Shown: in pieces, positions 1-12,807 of the stretch
Numbering within the stretch: the first letter of the stretch is position 1
Layout of the letters: every line of letters begins with the position of its first letter
NCBI GenBank assembly: GCA_044225365.1
Contig: JBGAIQ010000002.1
Span: 1-64,000, forward strand
Direction of reading: 5' to 3'
DNA: 64,000 nucleotides
Origin: Planctomycetota bacterium
GTDB taxonomy: Bacteria; Planctomycetota; B15-G4; JADJEK01
Position numbers and translations under genes: made by a program
The notes under the pieces: generated by a model
Databases searched by the model: none
What the model was told of the DNA's origin: nothing
The model's input: only the letters and a program-made list of their open reading frames with translations

Positions 1-453
1 GGAGGGCTCGGCGGCGTCATGGAGGCAGCCTCGAAGGGTGCGAGGTCTTCCACTTCGCATCGCGATGGCGATGTGATCGCGCTCCTTCCAGGGCGCGATC
101 GATCCGAGGCGACACCATTCGCCGACATCGTGATTCCCACGGGGCTCGACCACGTGCGCAACTCGATCGTCTCGTTGGCCGATGCCGTCGTCGTCATCGG
201 CGGAGGCGCGGGGACGCTGTCGGAGATCGCCTTCGCGTGGATGTACAAGCGACTCATCGTTGCCATCACACCCGCGGGAGGATGGGGTGCGCGCCTGACG
301 AACCAGCGCATCGACGATCGCGTCCGGTACCCTGGCATGGAGGACGATCGAGTGCGTGGAGTCGATTCGCCCCTCGAAGCAGCGGAAGTCATCGCGCGAC
401 TGCTTCCGCGGCATGACGGAAACCACCGCGGGATTCCAGGGCGGCGAGCTTGA
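1..453 (+). CDS. TIGR00725/SLOG (LOG-like) nucleotide-binding protein, 5'-truncated by window edge
   Basis: Frame is open from base 1 (GGLGGVMEAASKGA). Motifs IPTGL..RNSIV and DAVVVIGGGAGTLSEIAFA are typical of LOG/SLOG family proteins. Confidence 0.8.
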   Translation, partial: GGLGGVMEAASKGARSSTSHRDGDVIALLPGRDRSEATPFADIVIPTGLDHVRNSIVSLADAVVVIGGGAGTLSEIAFAWMYKRLIVAITPAGGWGARLTNQRIDDRVRYPGMEDDRVRGVDSPLEAAEVIARLLPRHDGNHRGIPGRRA

Positions 454-524
454 GGCCGAAGAGCGCCTCGTCGATTCCGAACGGATCCCATCGGGTTGCG
501 TTTCTTGCCGGCGAGCGACCCGAT

Positions 525-764
525 TTCTACGCCAAATTCTACGCCATGGGTGGGAAACACCCTTGTTCCGTTGGGCACAAGAGGGTACTTTCCTTCCCAA
601 CTCAACCAACCAATTCGTGCCATAAATGAATCCGTAACAATGGTTTATCGAGTTGGCGAGTTGAGGAGTACGTGAGTGGCGTAGTAGTCCAGATTTAGGT
701 CTGGCCCTAGGGATCGCCCTTGGGGTGCAAGAGGTCGGGAGTTCAAATCTCCTCGGCCCGACCA
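525..764 (+). mobile_element. Putative attR end of a tRNA-Pro-integrated element (island or prophage lying to the left)
   Basis: Tandem direct repeat TTCTACGCCA at 525-534 and 537-546 (arm-site-like); IHF-like TAACAATGGTTTA at 635-647; AT-richer segment; ends in an orphan tRNA 3' half at 720-764. Confidence 0.7.
720..764 (+). tRNA. 3' fragment of tRNA-Pro(GGG), not a complete tRNA
   Basis: TTGGGGTGCAAG-AGGTC-GGGAGTTCAAATCTCCT-CGGCCCG-ACCA gives a GGG anticodon loop, 3' anticodon stem, T-arm, acceptor 3' strand and CCA. The matching 5' strands (CGGGCCG, CTTGC) and the D-arm are absent upstream. Confidence 0.85.
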
Positions 765-854
765 GACAAGTGGACGCCCGCTTCGGCAAGCGCCGCGGCG
801 GGCGTCGTGCTTTGGGGTCTCGCGCGTGCGAGTGATTCGACGGCCGGGGGCCGG

Positions 855-1079
855 CGCGAACGAATCACGTTGGATCCAATGGTCTGCCACAGGGCCGCCA
901 TCATCAAGGGCGCGCGGATCATGGTGACCGTCGTCCGGGGCAACCTCGCGGAGGGTCGCTCCGTCGCAGAGATCATCGAGAGCTATCCGACGCTCGCTGC
1001 GGAAAACACTCACGCAGCGATCGCGTACGCGGCGGAGCTCGCGCATGAATGCGTCATTCGGCTCCCGCTGTCGGCGTGA
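855..1079 (+). pseudogene. DUF433 family antitoxin-like gene, probably degenerate
   Basis: RERITLDPMVCHRAAIIKGARIMVTVVRGNLAEGRSVAEIIESYPTL...AAIAYAAE matches the DUF433 pattern. There is no clean start codon before the conserved N-terminus, and the usual G-K/R-P turn is altered. Confidence 0.7.
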
Positions 1080-1383
1080 TGCTCCGCGTCAAGCTCGATG
1101 AACCCCCCATAGAGTTGCGCGACGGGGCGGCCCGACGAATGCGTGCCCGCACTCGCTCGCGGCGAGCGCCGGATCCGGTTCACGCTTCACATCGAATTCG
1201 GCGACCAGCGAGCCTTCCGGCCGAAGGATCCTGCAGGGATCGCGCTCCTTCGCTCGAGGCAGCAGGGGCAAGCGTTCACTTCTCGGTCTCGCGCCCAGGA
1301 TTCTCGACGCATTGGAAGCGACCCCGATCGATGGACGGACCTGGGTCATCGACGACGACGCGATTCGCGTTCGCGACGAACCC
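1079..1383 (+). pseudogene. DUF5615 PIN-like toxin, frameshifted
   Basis: TGATG overlap with the DUF433 stop. Family segments lie in three frames: MLRVKLDE; ARGERRIRFTLHIEFGDQRAFRPKDPAGIALLR; GRTWVIDDDAIRVR. Confidence 0.7.
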
Positions 1384-1445
1384 GCGTCCGCTTCGCTATG
1401 CTGGGATCGTGCGGAAATCTCCGTCGCTCCGGTTCCGAGTCGTAG

Positions 1446-5096
<3,651 letters not shown>

Positions 5097-5104
<8 letters not shown>

Positions 5105-5648
5105 GAGAAACGACCCAGTGGAACCAGGCGACGAACGCTGCGCCATTTCCGAAGAGCAGAGCCCGATGCAAGGCCGACTCGTAACGCGTGCAGGCGCGGC
5201 GGTGGTGGACGAACTCATCGAGGCAGACCATCACGACCGTGAACATCGCCACGATCAGGATGGGGGTGAGGAGTAGACGCGGTTCACTCGCCCAGCTCGC
5301 CGCCATCATCAGCAGGAACAACGGCGTGCCCCCGAGGCCGAGCGCGATCAGCTCGCCGTGGCGCTCGCGCTTGCTCATGAGTCGCCTGCCGGAAACGTGG
5401 TAGTGCAAGTCGAGCAACCCGGCGAGGGTCGCCACCGTTCCGCACACGCCGATGGTCCAGAGCGACCAGGGAACCCGGTGCCAGTCCGAGAGATCGACGT
5501 AGCCGGGTCGTCCGGAAACGCGCGCGAGGCCCCACACGAACAGGACGCCCGGCAAGAGCAGCGCGGTGAGTCCGAAGATCGACTCCCACAAGGGAACGAA
5601 ACGTCGTCGTGGCACGCGAGTCGACTCGGTGAGCATTTCGACCTCCAT
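5097..5648 (-). CDS. Hypothetical polytopic membrane protein
   Basis: About five hydrophobic helices with His-rich motifs (DLHYH, RHGE, EFVHH, LHR); GGAGG upstream of the internal ATG at 5636; coupled to the phosphoesterase gene. Confidence 0.65.
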
Positions 5649-5661
5649 CGAACTGAATTTT

Positions 5662-5705
5662 TACTTTGCTACGCAAAGTACGTGTTAACTTTGCCGCGCA
5701 AAGTA
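5662..5705. promoter_or_regulatory. Tandem palindromic operator pair ACTTTGC-N3-GCAAAGT
   Basis: TACTTTGC-tac-GCAAAGTA at 5662-5680 (perfect 8-bp arms) and ACTTTGC-cgc-GCAAAGT at 5688-5704, 25 bp apart, in an AT-rich divergent promoter region. Confidence 0.75.
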
Positions 5706-5846
5706 GTCGGCGTCAAGCATTGTTCCGAGTTGTTCTCGGGTGGGTCGTATCGCCGACGAGGAACGCTACGATGCGCGCGAAATCGATTCCTCGCTGAGCG
5801 AGGTCGCGATTCCGGTCCCTCGCGCTTTCGCTCCAGGAGCCCACGG

Positions 5847-7313
5847 ATGAAGCTCACTCGTCGGCGTTTTCACTCCGTTGCTGCGGCCGCGGCTTCGCTG
5901 GCGTTCGCGCGACGTACCCGCGCTCAGGACGCGCAGCCCAATGTGCTCGTGTTCCTGACGGACGATCAGGCGCAGGGCGCGATGGGGGCGTATGGCAATC
6001 CGATCCTGAAGACGCCGCGAATGGACCAGATCGCCGCGGAGGGAATGCGCTTCGAGCAGGCGTTCGTGACGAACGCGCTGTGCGCGCCGAGCCGCGCGTC
6101 GTTCCTCACCGGGCTCTACTCGCACGCGCATGGCGTGATCACGAACGGGGACGGCCCCGACTTCACGAAGCAGCCCGGGATGAGGCCCGAGCAGCGGACG
6201 GTGGTGCACGCCCTGCGCGAAGGCGGATATCACACGGCGCTCGTGGGCAAATGGCACGTTCGGTCGGACCCGAGCTTCTTCGATTCGTGGGTGATCCTGC
6301 CGGGGCAGGGCGAGTATCGCGATCCGGAGTTGATCGCGAACGGCGCGCGCATCCAGGCGCGGGGGCACGTCGAGGACGTGGTGGGGGATCAGGCGCTGGC
6401 GTTCCTGCGGCACCGGAAGGAGGATCGCCCGTTCTTCCTGATGTGCAATTTCAAGGCGCCGCACCGCGCGTGGATCCCGGCGGAGCGACACGCCAACGCG
6501 TTCAAGGACGTGGTGTTCCCGGTGCCGCGGACCTTCGACGACGACCTCGCCGGTCGGAGCGAGGCCGTGCGCAAGGCGGAGTTGTTCCTCGCCGACATGC
6601 CGGACTTCGCGAGCCGTGGCGTCGATCCGAAGTTGCCGCGCGAGGAGCGCAAGAAGCGCAACCTGCAGGAGATGCTGCGCAACTACTATCGCGTGCTGCT
6701 CGGTGTCGACGAGAACGTCGGCCGCGTGCTCGACGAACTCGATCGCCAGAAGCTCACGAACGACACGCTCGTCGTGTATTCGTCGGACAACGGCTTCTTC
6801 CTCGGCGAGCACGGGTTCTTCGACAAGCGCTTGATGTACGAGCCGTCGATCCGGGTGCCGTTCCTCGCGCGCCACCCTGGCCGCATCGAGGCGGGACGGG
6901 TCGACTCCGAGCACGCGGTGCTGAATGTCGATCTCGCGGCAACGCTCCTCGACTGGTGCGGCGTGCGAGCGCCGCTCGCGACGCACGGCCGGAGTCTCGC
7001 GGCGCTCCTGTCGGGAAAGGCGACGGAATGGCGTCGCGACTTCCTCTATCAGTTCTTCGAGTTCCCCGGTGTGCATTCGGTGAAGAAGCACCGCGGCGTG
7101 CGCGAAGGGCGGTACAAACTGATGCGGTTCTTCGAGGAGCCCGTCGAGCTCGAGCTCTACGACCTGAAGGACGACCCGGACGAGCAGAAGAACCTCGCGA
7201 GCGATCCGTCACACGGCGAGACGCTGAAGCGCCTGCTCGCGCGACTCGCGGAATTGCAGGCCGAGCTCGGCGACGACGACGCGAACCTCGCGCGTCTCAT
7301 TCGCAATATGTGA
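5847..7313 (+). CDS. Tat-exported formylglycine-dependent sulfatase (family S1)
   Basis: TRRRF twin-arginine signal, PNVLVFLTDDQ, catalytic CAPSR, GKWH, SDNG, DKRLMYEPSIRVP, ELYDL..DP.E. AGGAG precedes ATG 5847. Confidence 0.93.
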   Translation: MKLTRRRFHSVAAAAASLAFARRTRAQDAQPNVLVFLTDDQAQGAMGAYGNPILKTPRMDQIAAEGMRFEQAFVTNALCAPSRASFLTGLYSHAHGVITNGDGPDFTKQPGMRPEQRTVVHALREGGYHTALVGKWHVRSDPSFFDSWVILPGQGEYRDPELIANGARIQARGHVEDVVGDQALAFLRHRKEDRPFFLMCNFKAPHRAWIPAERHANAFKDVVFPVPRTFDDDLAGRSEAVRKAELFLADMPDFASRGVDPKLPREERKKRNLQEMLRNYYRVLLGVDENVGRVLDELDRQKLTNDTLVVYSSDNGFFLGEHGFFDKRLMYEPSIRVPFLARHPGRIEAGRVDSEHAVLNVDLAATLLDWCGVRAPLATHGRSLAALLSGKATEWRRDFLYQFFEFPGVHSVKKHRGVREGRYKLMRFFEEPVELELYDLKDDPDEQKNLASDPSHGETLKRLLARLAELQAELGDDDANLARLIRNM

Positions 7314-7349
7314 GTCGGCTCTTCGAGACGCTCTCGCGCCGCGCGTGAG

Positions 7350-8870
7350 TCACTGGATGACGATGTCGAGCGCGTTCGAGTTGGAGAATCCGCGGGAAAC
7401 ACCCGGATCGATGACGAACGCTTGCATCGTGAACGCGACCGCCGGAGAGACCGCGGGGATCGACGCCGGCAGCGCGATGGAGCCATTGCCCGCACCCGCG
7501 CCGCCGAGCGGCAAGGAGATGATGAAGGGCAGGATCGGAGTGACGAGGAGCGAGCATCCACCCTGCATCGGGATCGATGCCTGGGACAGACCGAAGAAGA
7601 GCAGCGCGCTCGAGCCGCCGAGTCCGTTCGAGATCGTCACCGTCACGTTCTGCCCGAGGCTCGGGACTCCGATCATCGAGAGATTCGGGACGAAGCCACC
7701 GGATCCGGGGCACCCGGTTCCATACGGCGCGACCGTTCCCTGACACACCTGATGAAGCAGGACGGAGACGTCCGTCGAATCGTAATTGCCGACGAACAAG
7801 TCCGGTTTCTGGTCGCCATTCACGTCGCCGATGCCGAGACAAGAAGGGCCGAGACCCACGGCGTAGCTCGTCGCCGGCCCGAAGCCCCCGGTTCCGTTGC
7901 CGAGCAATGTGGAAGCGTCGTTCGAAAGGTCGTTCACGGCCGCGAGATCGAGCATTCCATCGCTGTTGAGATCTGCGATCTCAGCTCGTACCGGGTGATT
8001 TCCGGCAAGGAAGCTCGTCGCGGCCGAGAATCCGCCGGCGCCGGTGCCGAGGAGCACGGAGATATCGCTGGAGATCAGGTTCGCCACCACCATGTCGAGC
8101 TTGCCGTTGCCGTCGAGATCGGCGATGGCCACCGATCGCGGCTTCGAGCCCACCGCGAACGGCGTGATCGCGCTCACTCCGCCGTTCCCGTTACCGAAGA
8201 AGACCGACACCGTGTTCGAATTGAAATTCGCGACTGCGAGATCGGGATTGCCGTTCCCATTGAGATCCGCGATCCGCACGAAAAGCGGCATTGCACCGGT
8301 ACTGTACGCGTTCTGCGCTCCGAAACCCCCCGCGCCGTTCCCGAGCCGGATCGACACGAAATTCGACACGGACACCGCGGCGACGAGGTCGAGATTCTGA
8401 TCGTGGTTCATGTCCCCGATCGTCACGGATCGAATGCCCGTGCTGAAGAGGTAGTTCGTCGGCGCGCTGTACCCACCCGAGCCGTTGCCGAGGAGGATGC
8501 TGACGTTCGCCGAGAAGTAATTGCCGGCGGCCAGATCCTCCACACCGTCGTTGTTGAGGTCGCCGATCGCAATGGTCACCGGAGTCGTACCGGCGGGAAA
8601 GGAAACCGAGGCCGCGAAGCCGCCCGTGCCGTTGCCCAGCTTGGTGAACACAATGCTTCCGCCGGCCGCGATGGCGGCATCGAGATTCCCGTCATTGTTG
8701 AGGTCGCCGAGCGCGGCGTCTTCGACGTTGTAGAAGGTCTGTACCGGGTAGTTCGTCGCGGTGCCGTAGAGCGGGCAGATCTGACCGAACGCGACGGACG
8801 AGACTCCAAGCATGAATGCAGTCGCGGATGTGCAGCGAATCGGCGAGACGCCCAATCGAATCGAGGACAT
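7350..8870 (-). CDS. Secreted FG-GAP/VCBS repeat beta-propeller protein with conserved C-terminal domain
   Basis: Signal peptide ending VAFG|Q; seven (G/A)DxNxDGxxDL-type repeats; C-terminus YGTGCPGSGG...QAFVIDP...SNALDIVIQ; RBS before ATG 8870. Confidence 0.88.
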   Translation of the reverse strand: MSSIRLGVSPIRCTSATAFMLGVSSVAFGQICPLYGTATNYPVQTFYNVEDAALGDLNNDGNLDAAIAAGGSIVFTKLGNGTGGFAASVSFPAGTTPVTIAIGDLNNDGVEDLAAGNYFSANVSILLGNGSGGYSAPTNYLFSTGIRSVTIGDMNHDQNLDLVAAVSVSNFVSIRLGNGAGGFGAQNAYSTGAMPLFVRIADLNGNGNPDLAVANFNSNTVSVFFGNGNGGVSAITPFAVGSKPRSVAIADLDGNGKLDMVVANLISSDISVLLGTGAGGFSAATSFLAGNHPVRAEIADLNSDGMLDLAAVNDLSNDASTLLGNGTGGFGPATSYAVGLGPSCLGIGDVNGDQKPDLFVGNYDSTDVSVLLHQVCQGTVAPYGTGCPGSGGFVPNLSMIGVPSLGQNVTVTISNGLGGSSALLFFGLSQASIPMQGGCSLLVTPILPFIISLPLGGAGAGNGSIALPASIPAVSPAVAFTMQAFVIDPGVSRGFSNSNALDIVIQ

Positions 8871-9129
8871 GAATGGCTCTCCTTCTCCCGAGAATGAGGG
8901 AAAGCGGCGCCGAACCATTCGACACCGAGTGCGTTTCAGAAGGCCTATCTTCGATCCGGACTTCGGCAACCGTTCCAAAAAACCGATGATTCTCGGGCTC
9001 GGCGACGCCGGTTCCGCGCGATTCTTCGTTGCTGCTCGTTGAGTTCCGAGACGACTTCGCTCGAGGCGACTCAGCCGCGGGAACTCGCGATGCCGACGAG
9101 AACGACACAATCGAACGACTGCGGAAACC

Positions 9130-11328
9130 TCAGCGAATCGTCGTCACGCGCGTGTCGCTCACGCGGAACTTCTGCGTGTACTTCGGCGGACCGCAGAGCG
9201 ATCCCACGGCGTTCGCGGGCAGCAGGTCGATGACCTGCAGCGCGAAGGTCACTCCGAGCAAAGCAGGGTCTGCGGGAATCGTCGTCGCGACGAACGGCGG
9301 CGCCGGGACGATGGAGAGCGGCGAGACGCCGAGCGCGCAGCCGGCTTGCGATGCGCAGAGCGGGAGATTCGTTGGCAGGCCGATGAAGAGCAGGGGATTC
9401 GTCGTGTTGCTCGTGGCGAACTGATAGCTGCCGCCGATCACCGCCTGATTGCTGGTGATCAGTCCGGGCTCCGGCGAACCACATCCGGTCTGCACCGTGA
9501 CGGCGTCGGCGCCGGCTCCGAGGGAGGAGAACAGCGCGCCGTTCACGTCTCGGTTCGTCGCCGTGACCTCCTGCGTCCAGGCGATGAAGTGGAGACCGGC
9601 CTGGTCGAAGCCGCAGCTCGTGATCGCGGGCTCGAGTTCGACCTTGGACGTCTTCGCGATCGCGACGCGCTTCTCGAGTGCGAACTGGACGCCGTTGAAC
9701 GGGCCGCTCCCCGATACGAAGTACGTCGAGGCGGCGATGTCGGTGTTGGTCGATCCCACGGCGCTCTCGCGGTAGGTCACCACGAAGCGCGAGCCGTCGA
9801 ATCCGACCTCGGGCTCCTGCTGGTCGAGAGCGTCCGGCCCGTCGTGATCGAGATCGGAGAGCGAGAAGATGCCGCCGAGCGGAGTGAGCGAGCCGTCGTA
9901 GCGATATCGCTGACCGAGGAGATCCGAGTCCTGCCCGGGCGATCGCGAATTCCAGGCGACGAGCAGATCGACGCCGTCGCCGCCCACGTCGGGCGAATTG
10001 TCGTCGTCGTTCGGCAGGTCGCAGATCGCGAAGGTGACCCCGTCCAGTGCGCCGGTCGCGGGATCGATGAGGAAGCCGAGCAGGTCGAGTTCGGGCGGGC
10101 CGATCAACGGATTGTCCTCGGACTCGTAGGCGACGAGCCAACGGCCACCGAAGCGAATCTGCTGCGTCACGCGAGCGTGGGCGAAGTAATCGAAGCTGTT
10201 CGAGAAGTGCTCGGACCGGGTGGCCGAGATCGAGGCCGAGTCGGCGGGTTGCGCGACGACGGCACTTTGATCGATGCCGGTGATCGACGTGTTCACGTGC
10301 GTGAACGTGACGAGGAAAGGAAACGCCGTGCCCTGCGACGTGGCGCCGACGTCCGGCTCCGATTCGCTGTTGTCGGCGAGGCTCGACACGTCGAACGTCG
10401 CGCCGAGCGTCGTGCTCGCCGACGCACGGCTACGAGCCTTGATCCGCGTGACGCCGAAGAGCCCAGTCGTGGTATTGCGCCACGCGGTGAGGAAGTTGCC
10501 GGACGCATAGGCGATCGCCGGATCGCGCTCGTTGGCGGTCGACGCGGCGAATGCGATTTGCTCGATCAGGTTGCCCGGGAGATCGAAGCGCTGTTGCAGC
10601 AGGTCGGTGTCGGTCGCGGATTGGACGCGTTCATAGACCACGACGAACACGTTGTTGGATGGAGAGTACGCAACGTCGGGGTTGCGCATGTCGTCGGTGC
10701 CGGTATCGATCGCAAAGGTCTGGATCACGGGATCGATCACGATCGGGAACGCCGCACGATCGAGGAACGCATCGGGAACGACGATCTCGATGGCGCCGTC
10801 CACGCGCCTCGACGAGGCGAGCACGCGACGGTTCTTTGCGTCGAGGATCGTCGCGTCGCCGTAGTGCACCTCGCCGAGATCCTCGCGGCCGAATCGCAGG
10901 CCGCCACTCTTGGACTCGATCGCGCCGAGTTCGGTTGCGAGCGGAATGCGAAACGTGAGATCGCCGTCCTGCGGTCGTGCGTAGATCCGAAAGCTCTGCT
11001 CGACGGAATCGAGGCCGAGGTCGTAGATCTCGGTGAAGGAGTCACGCTCGAGCACGACGCGATCGCCATTGCGCGTGATCGAGCGCGGCGCTCCGTCGAA
11101 CGCGAAATGGAGCGGGAGGTCCATCTCCGCACGAGCGCCGAAGCGTGGCAAGTAGCTCGCGCCGCTCGCGTCGAAGCTCATCTTGTAGGTGTCGCCGATC
11201 GCGTAGCGCGTTCCGTCTTCCCCTCGATCGTGAAGGACACTGTGGAGGCCGCCGAGCGCGAACGGAATGGGCGGTGTCGGGTCGACCGTGGAGGCGAAGG
11301 CGGAGAGGAGCAGGAGCGGGAGGATCAT
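9130..11328 (-). CDS. Secreted hypothetical protein with repeated beta-strand (propeller-like) motifs and a divergent C-terminal domain
   Basis: Signal peptide MILPLLLLSAFA; YDL..DSVEQSF and FPIVIDP segment; repeated P-x-V-A/G...F/W-L-V-x-W/Y units. Confidence 0.75.
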   Translation of the reverse strand: MILPLLLLSAFASTVDPTPPIPFALGGLHSVLHDRGEDGTRYAIGDTYKMSFDASGASYLPRFGARAEMDLPLHFAFDGAPRSITRNGDRVVLERDSFTEIYDLGLDSVEQSFRIYARPQDGDLTFRIPLATELGAIESKSGGLRFGREDLGEVHYGDATILDAKNRRVLASSRRVDGAIEIVVPDAFLDRAAFPIVIDPVIQTFAIDTGTDDMRNPDVAYSPSNNVFVVVYERVQSATDTDLLQQRFDLPGNLIEQIAFAASTANERDPAIAYASGNFLTAWRNTTTGLFGVTRIKARSRASASTTLGATFDVSSLADNSESEPDVGATSQGTAFPFLVTFTHVNTSITGIDQSAVVAQPADSASISATRSEHFSNSFDYFAHARVTQQIRFGGRWLVAYESEDNPLIGPPELDLLGFLIDPATGALDGVTFAICDLPNDDDNSPDVGGDGVDLLVAWNSRSPGQDSDLLGQRYRYDGSLTPLGGIFSLSDLDHDGPDALDQQEPEVGFDGSRFVVTYRESAVGSTNTDIAASTYFVSGSGPFNGVQFALEKRVAIAKTSKVELEPAITSCGFDQAGLHFIAWTQEVTATNRDVNGALFSSLGAGADAVTVQTGCGSPEPGLITSNQAVIGGSYQFATSNTTNPLLFIGLPTNLPLCASQAGCALGVSPLSIVPAPPFVATTIPADPALLGVTFALQVIDLLPANAVGSLCGPPKYTQKFRVSDTRVTTIR

Positions 11329-11497
11329 GATGGACTCGCTTCGAAAGGCTTCGAACGGGCCCACGGACGAGATCGGCGCCATTTCGCGACGGGAATTCCG
11401 GCAGCAAATGAGACCGTTGCGTCGCGAATCGACCGATCCCCGCGATTTCCGGGTAATATGGATCGGTCGTTCGGGAGACGCTTCGAGGAGAGACGCT

Positions 11498-12763
11498 ATG
11501 TTCGTTCCTACTTTTCGCCACGCCCTTTCCCGCCTTGCGCCGCTCGCGGCCATCGCAATTTCTTGCGCGATCGCGCCGCGCGCTGCGGTCGCACAGACGA
11601 TCTGTTCGGGACCCGACGGTCTCGGGATCGCCGGCGCCTGCTGTCAGCTCGTCACGCCGAACCTGCCGAATTTCGGCGCGGTGAACCTACCCGGTCTCGG
11701 CGTCTGCTACCTCAACTGCGGGGTCGGGCCGCAGAACGCGCTCAACATCGACATCTCGCCGCCGACCTTGATCCAGTGTCAGGAGTACGTGTCGTCGATG
11801 ACGGTGAAGGACATCGGGTCCGGCACGATCATCATGGCGGGCAAGCTCTACCTCACGTACACGCGCACGTGGGACGAGATCGATCCGGCGGGCGGCTTCC
11901 ATCAGGTGTGGCGCTTCGCCGCGAAGGCGGACTTGTCCGCGGTCGCTGGCGGCGCGCCGGTGTGTCCGCTCCCCAAGTGTCTGCCGCCGTTCTCGACCCA
12001 ACCGACGGCGTTCTTCTACGGCTACATGGACTACTCGTCGCTCTGCGGCACGATCATCAGCCAGAACTCACTCGTGCTGATGCACCAGTGCGACTTCTTC
12101 ATCCACAAGCCCGGGTTCTCGAGCCGTCCGGGAGTGTTCCATCCGAACGAGAGCTACGCGATCGTCGCGCCGCACTCGACGGCGCAGCTCTTCATCCCGT
12201 CGATCAATCCGGCGGCGAGCGGGCCGATGTTTCTCGGCGGCACGCGCGAGGTCGTGAACATCCCGGGCGGACTCTGTCTCACCACGGATCCGCTGCAGAG
12301 CGGCCAGATCAATAATCTCGGCGGTGCCTGCCTCTGCCCGCCGACCACCTTCCCGAAGCAGCATCGCTTCCGATCGTTCCAGGGTTCGAATCTCTGTCCG
12401 AACGCAATCGGCGTCGCGAGCACGTTCCAGGCGCTCACGGTTTCCTTCCCGACGCTTCCCTGGTTCAACCTCGTGACGACGAACGTCGGCCGTTGGTCGA
12501 ATCCGAACGTCTATCCCGGCCAGGAAGCCGCGTACGTCGACGAAGGGCTCTTCATCCAGAACGAGGCCTGCTCGGGCCAGTGGGTGTCGATCCAGTACGG
12601 CGGCTCGACGCGCTTCGGTTGGAGCATCGCCAACCCGGTGCTCATCACCTCGTCGACCGACCTTGCGGACAACTACACCGCGCCGCTCGCTGGTCCGTAC
12701 TCGTTCCCGATCTTCGGCAACGTGATGAACACGGATCGAGTCCTCTTCGTCGACGGACCCTGA
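11498..12763 (+). CDS. Secreted cysteine-rich protein of unknown function
   Basis: AGGAG RBS, signal peptide ending AVA|Q, more than a dozen Cys (CC, CxxxC, CxC), coding-like codon usage. Confidence 0.8.
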   Translation: MFVPTFRHALSRLAPLAAIAISCAIAPRAAVAQTICSGPDGLGIAGACCQLVTPNLPNFGAVNLPGLGVCYLNCGVGPQNALNIDISPPTLIQCQEYVSSMTVKDIGSGTIIMAGKLYLTYTRTWDEIDPAGGFHQVWRFAAKADLSAVAGGAPVCPLPKCLPPFSTQPTAFFYGYMDYSSLCGTIISQNSLVLMHQCDFFIHKPGFSSRPGVFHPNESYAIVAPHSTAQLFIPSINPAASGPMFLGGTREVVNIPGGLCLTTDPLQSGQINNLGGACLCPPTTFPKQHRFRSFQGSNLCPNAIGVASTFQALTVSFPTLPWFNLVTTNVGRWSNPNVYPGQEAAYVDEGLFIQNEACSGQWVSIQYGGSTRFGWSIANPVLITSSTDLADNYTAPLAGPYSFPIFGNVMNTDRVLFVDGP

Positions 12764-12807
12764 GCGCGACCGCGCGGCGCGACATCGAAAGATGTAGGTT
12801 GCCGCGA

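Noticed and set aside
676-764. Complete or intron-containing tRNA-Pro
   Set aside because: No 5' acceptor strand, D-arm or 5' anticodon stem complementary to the 3' half; better explained as an att duplication.
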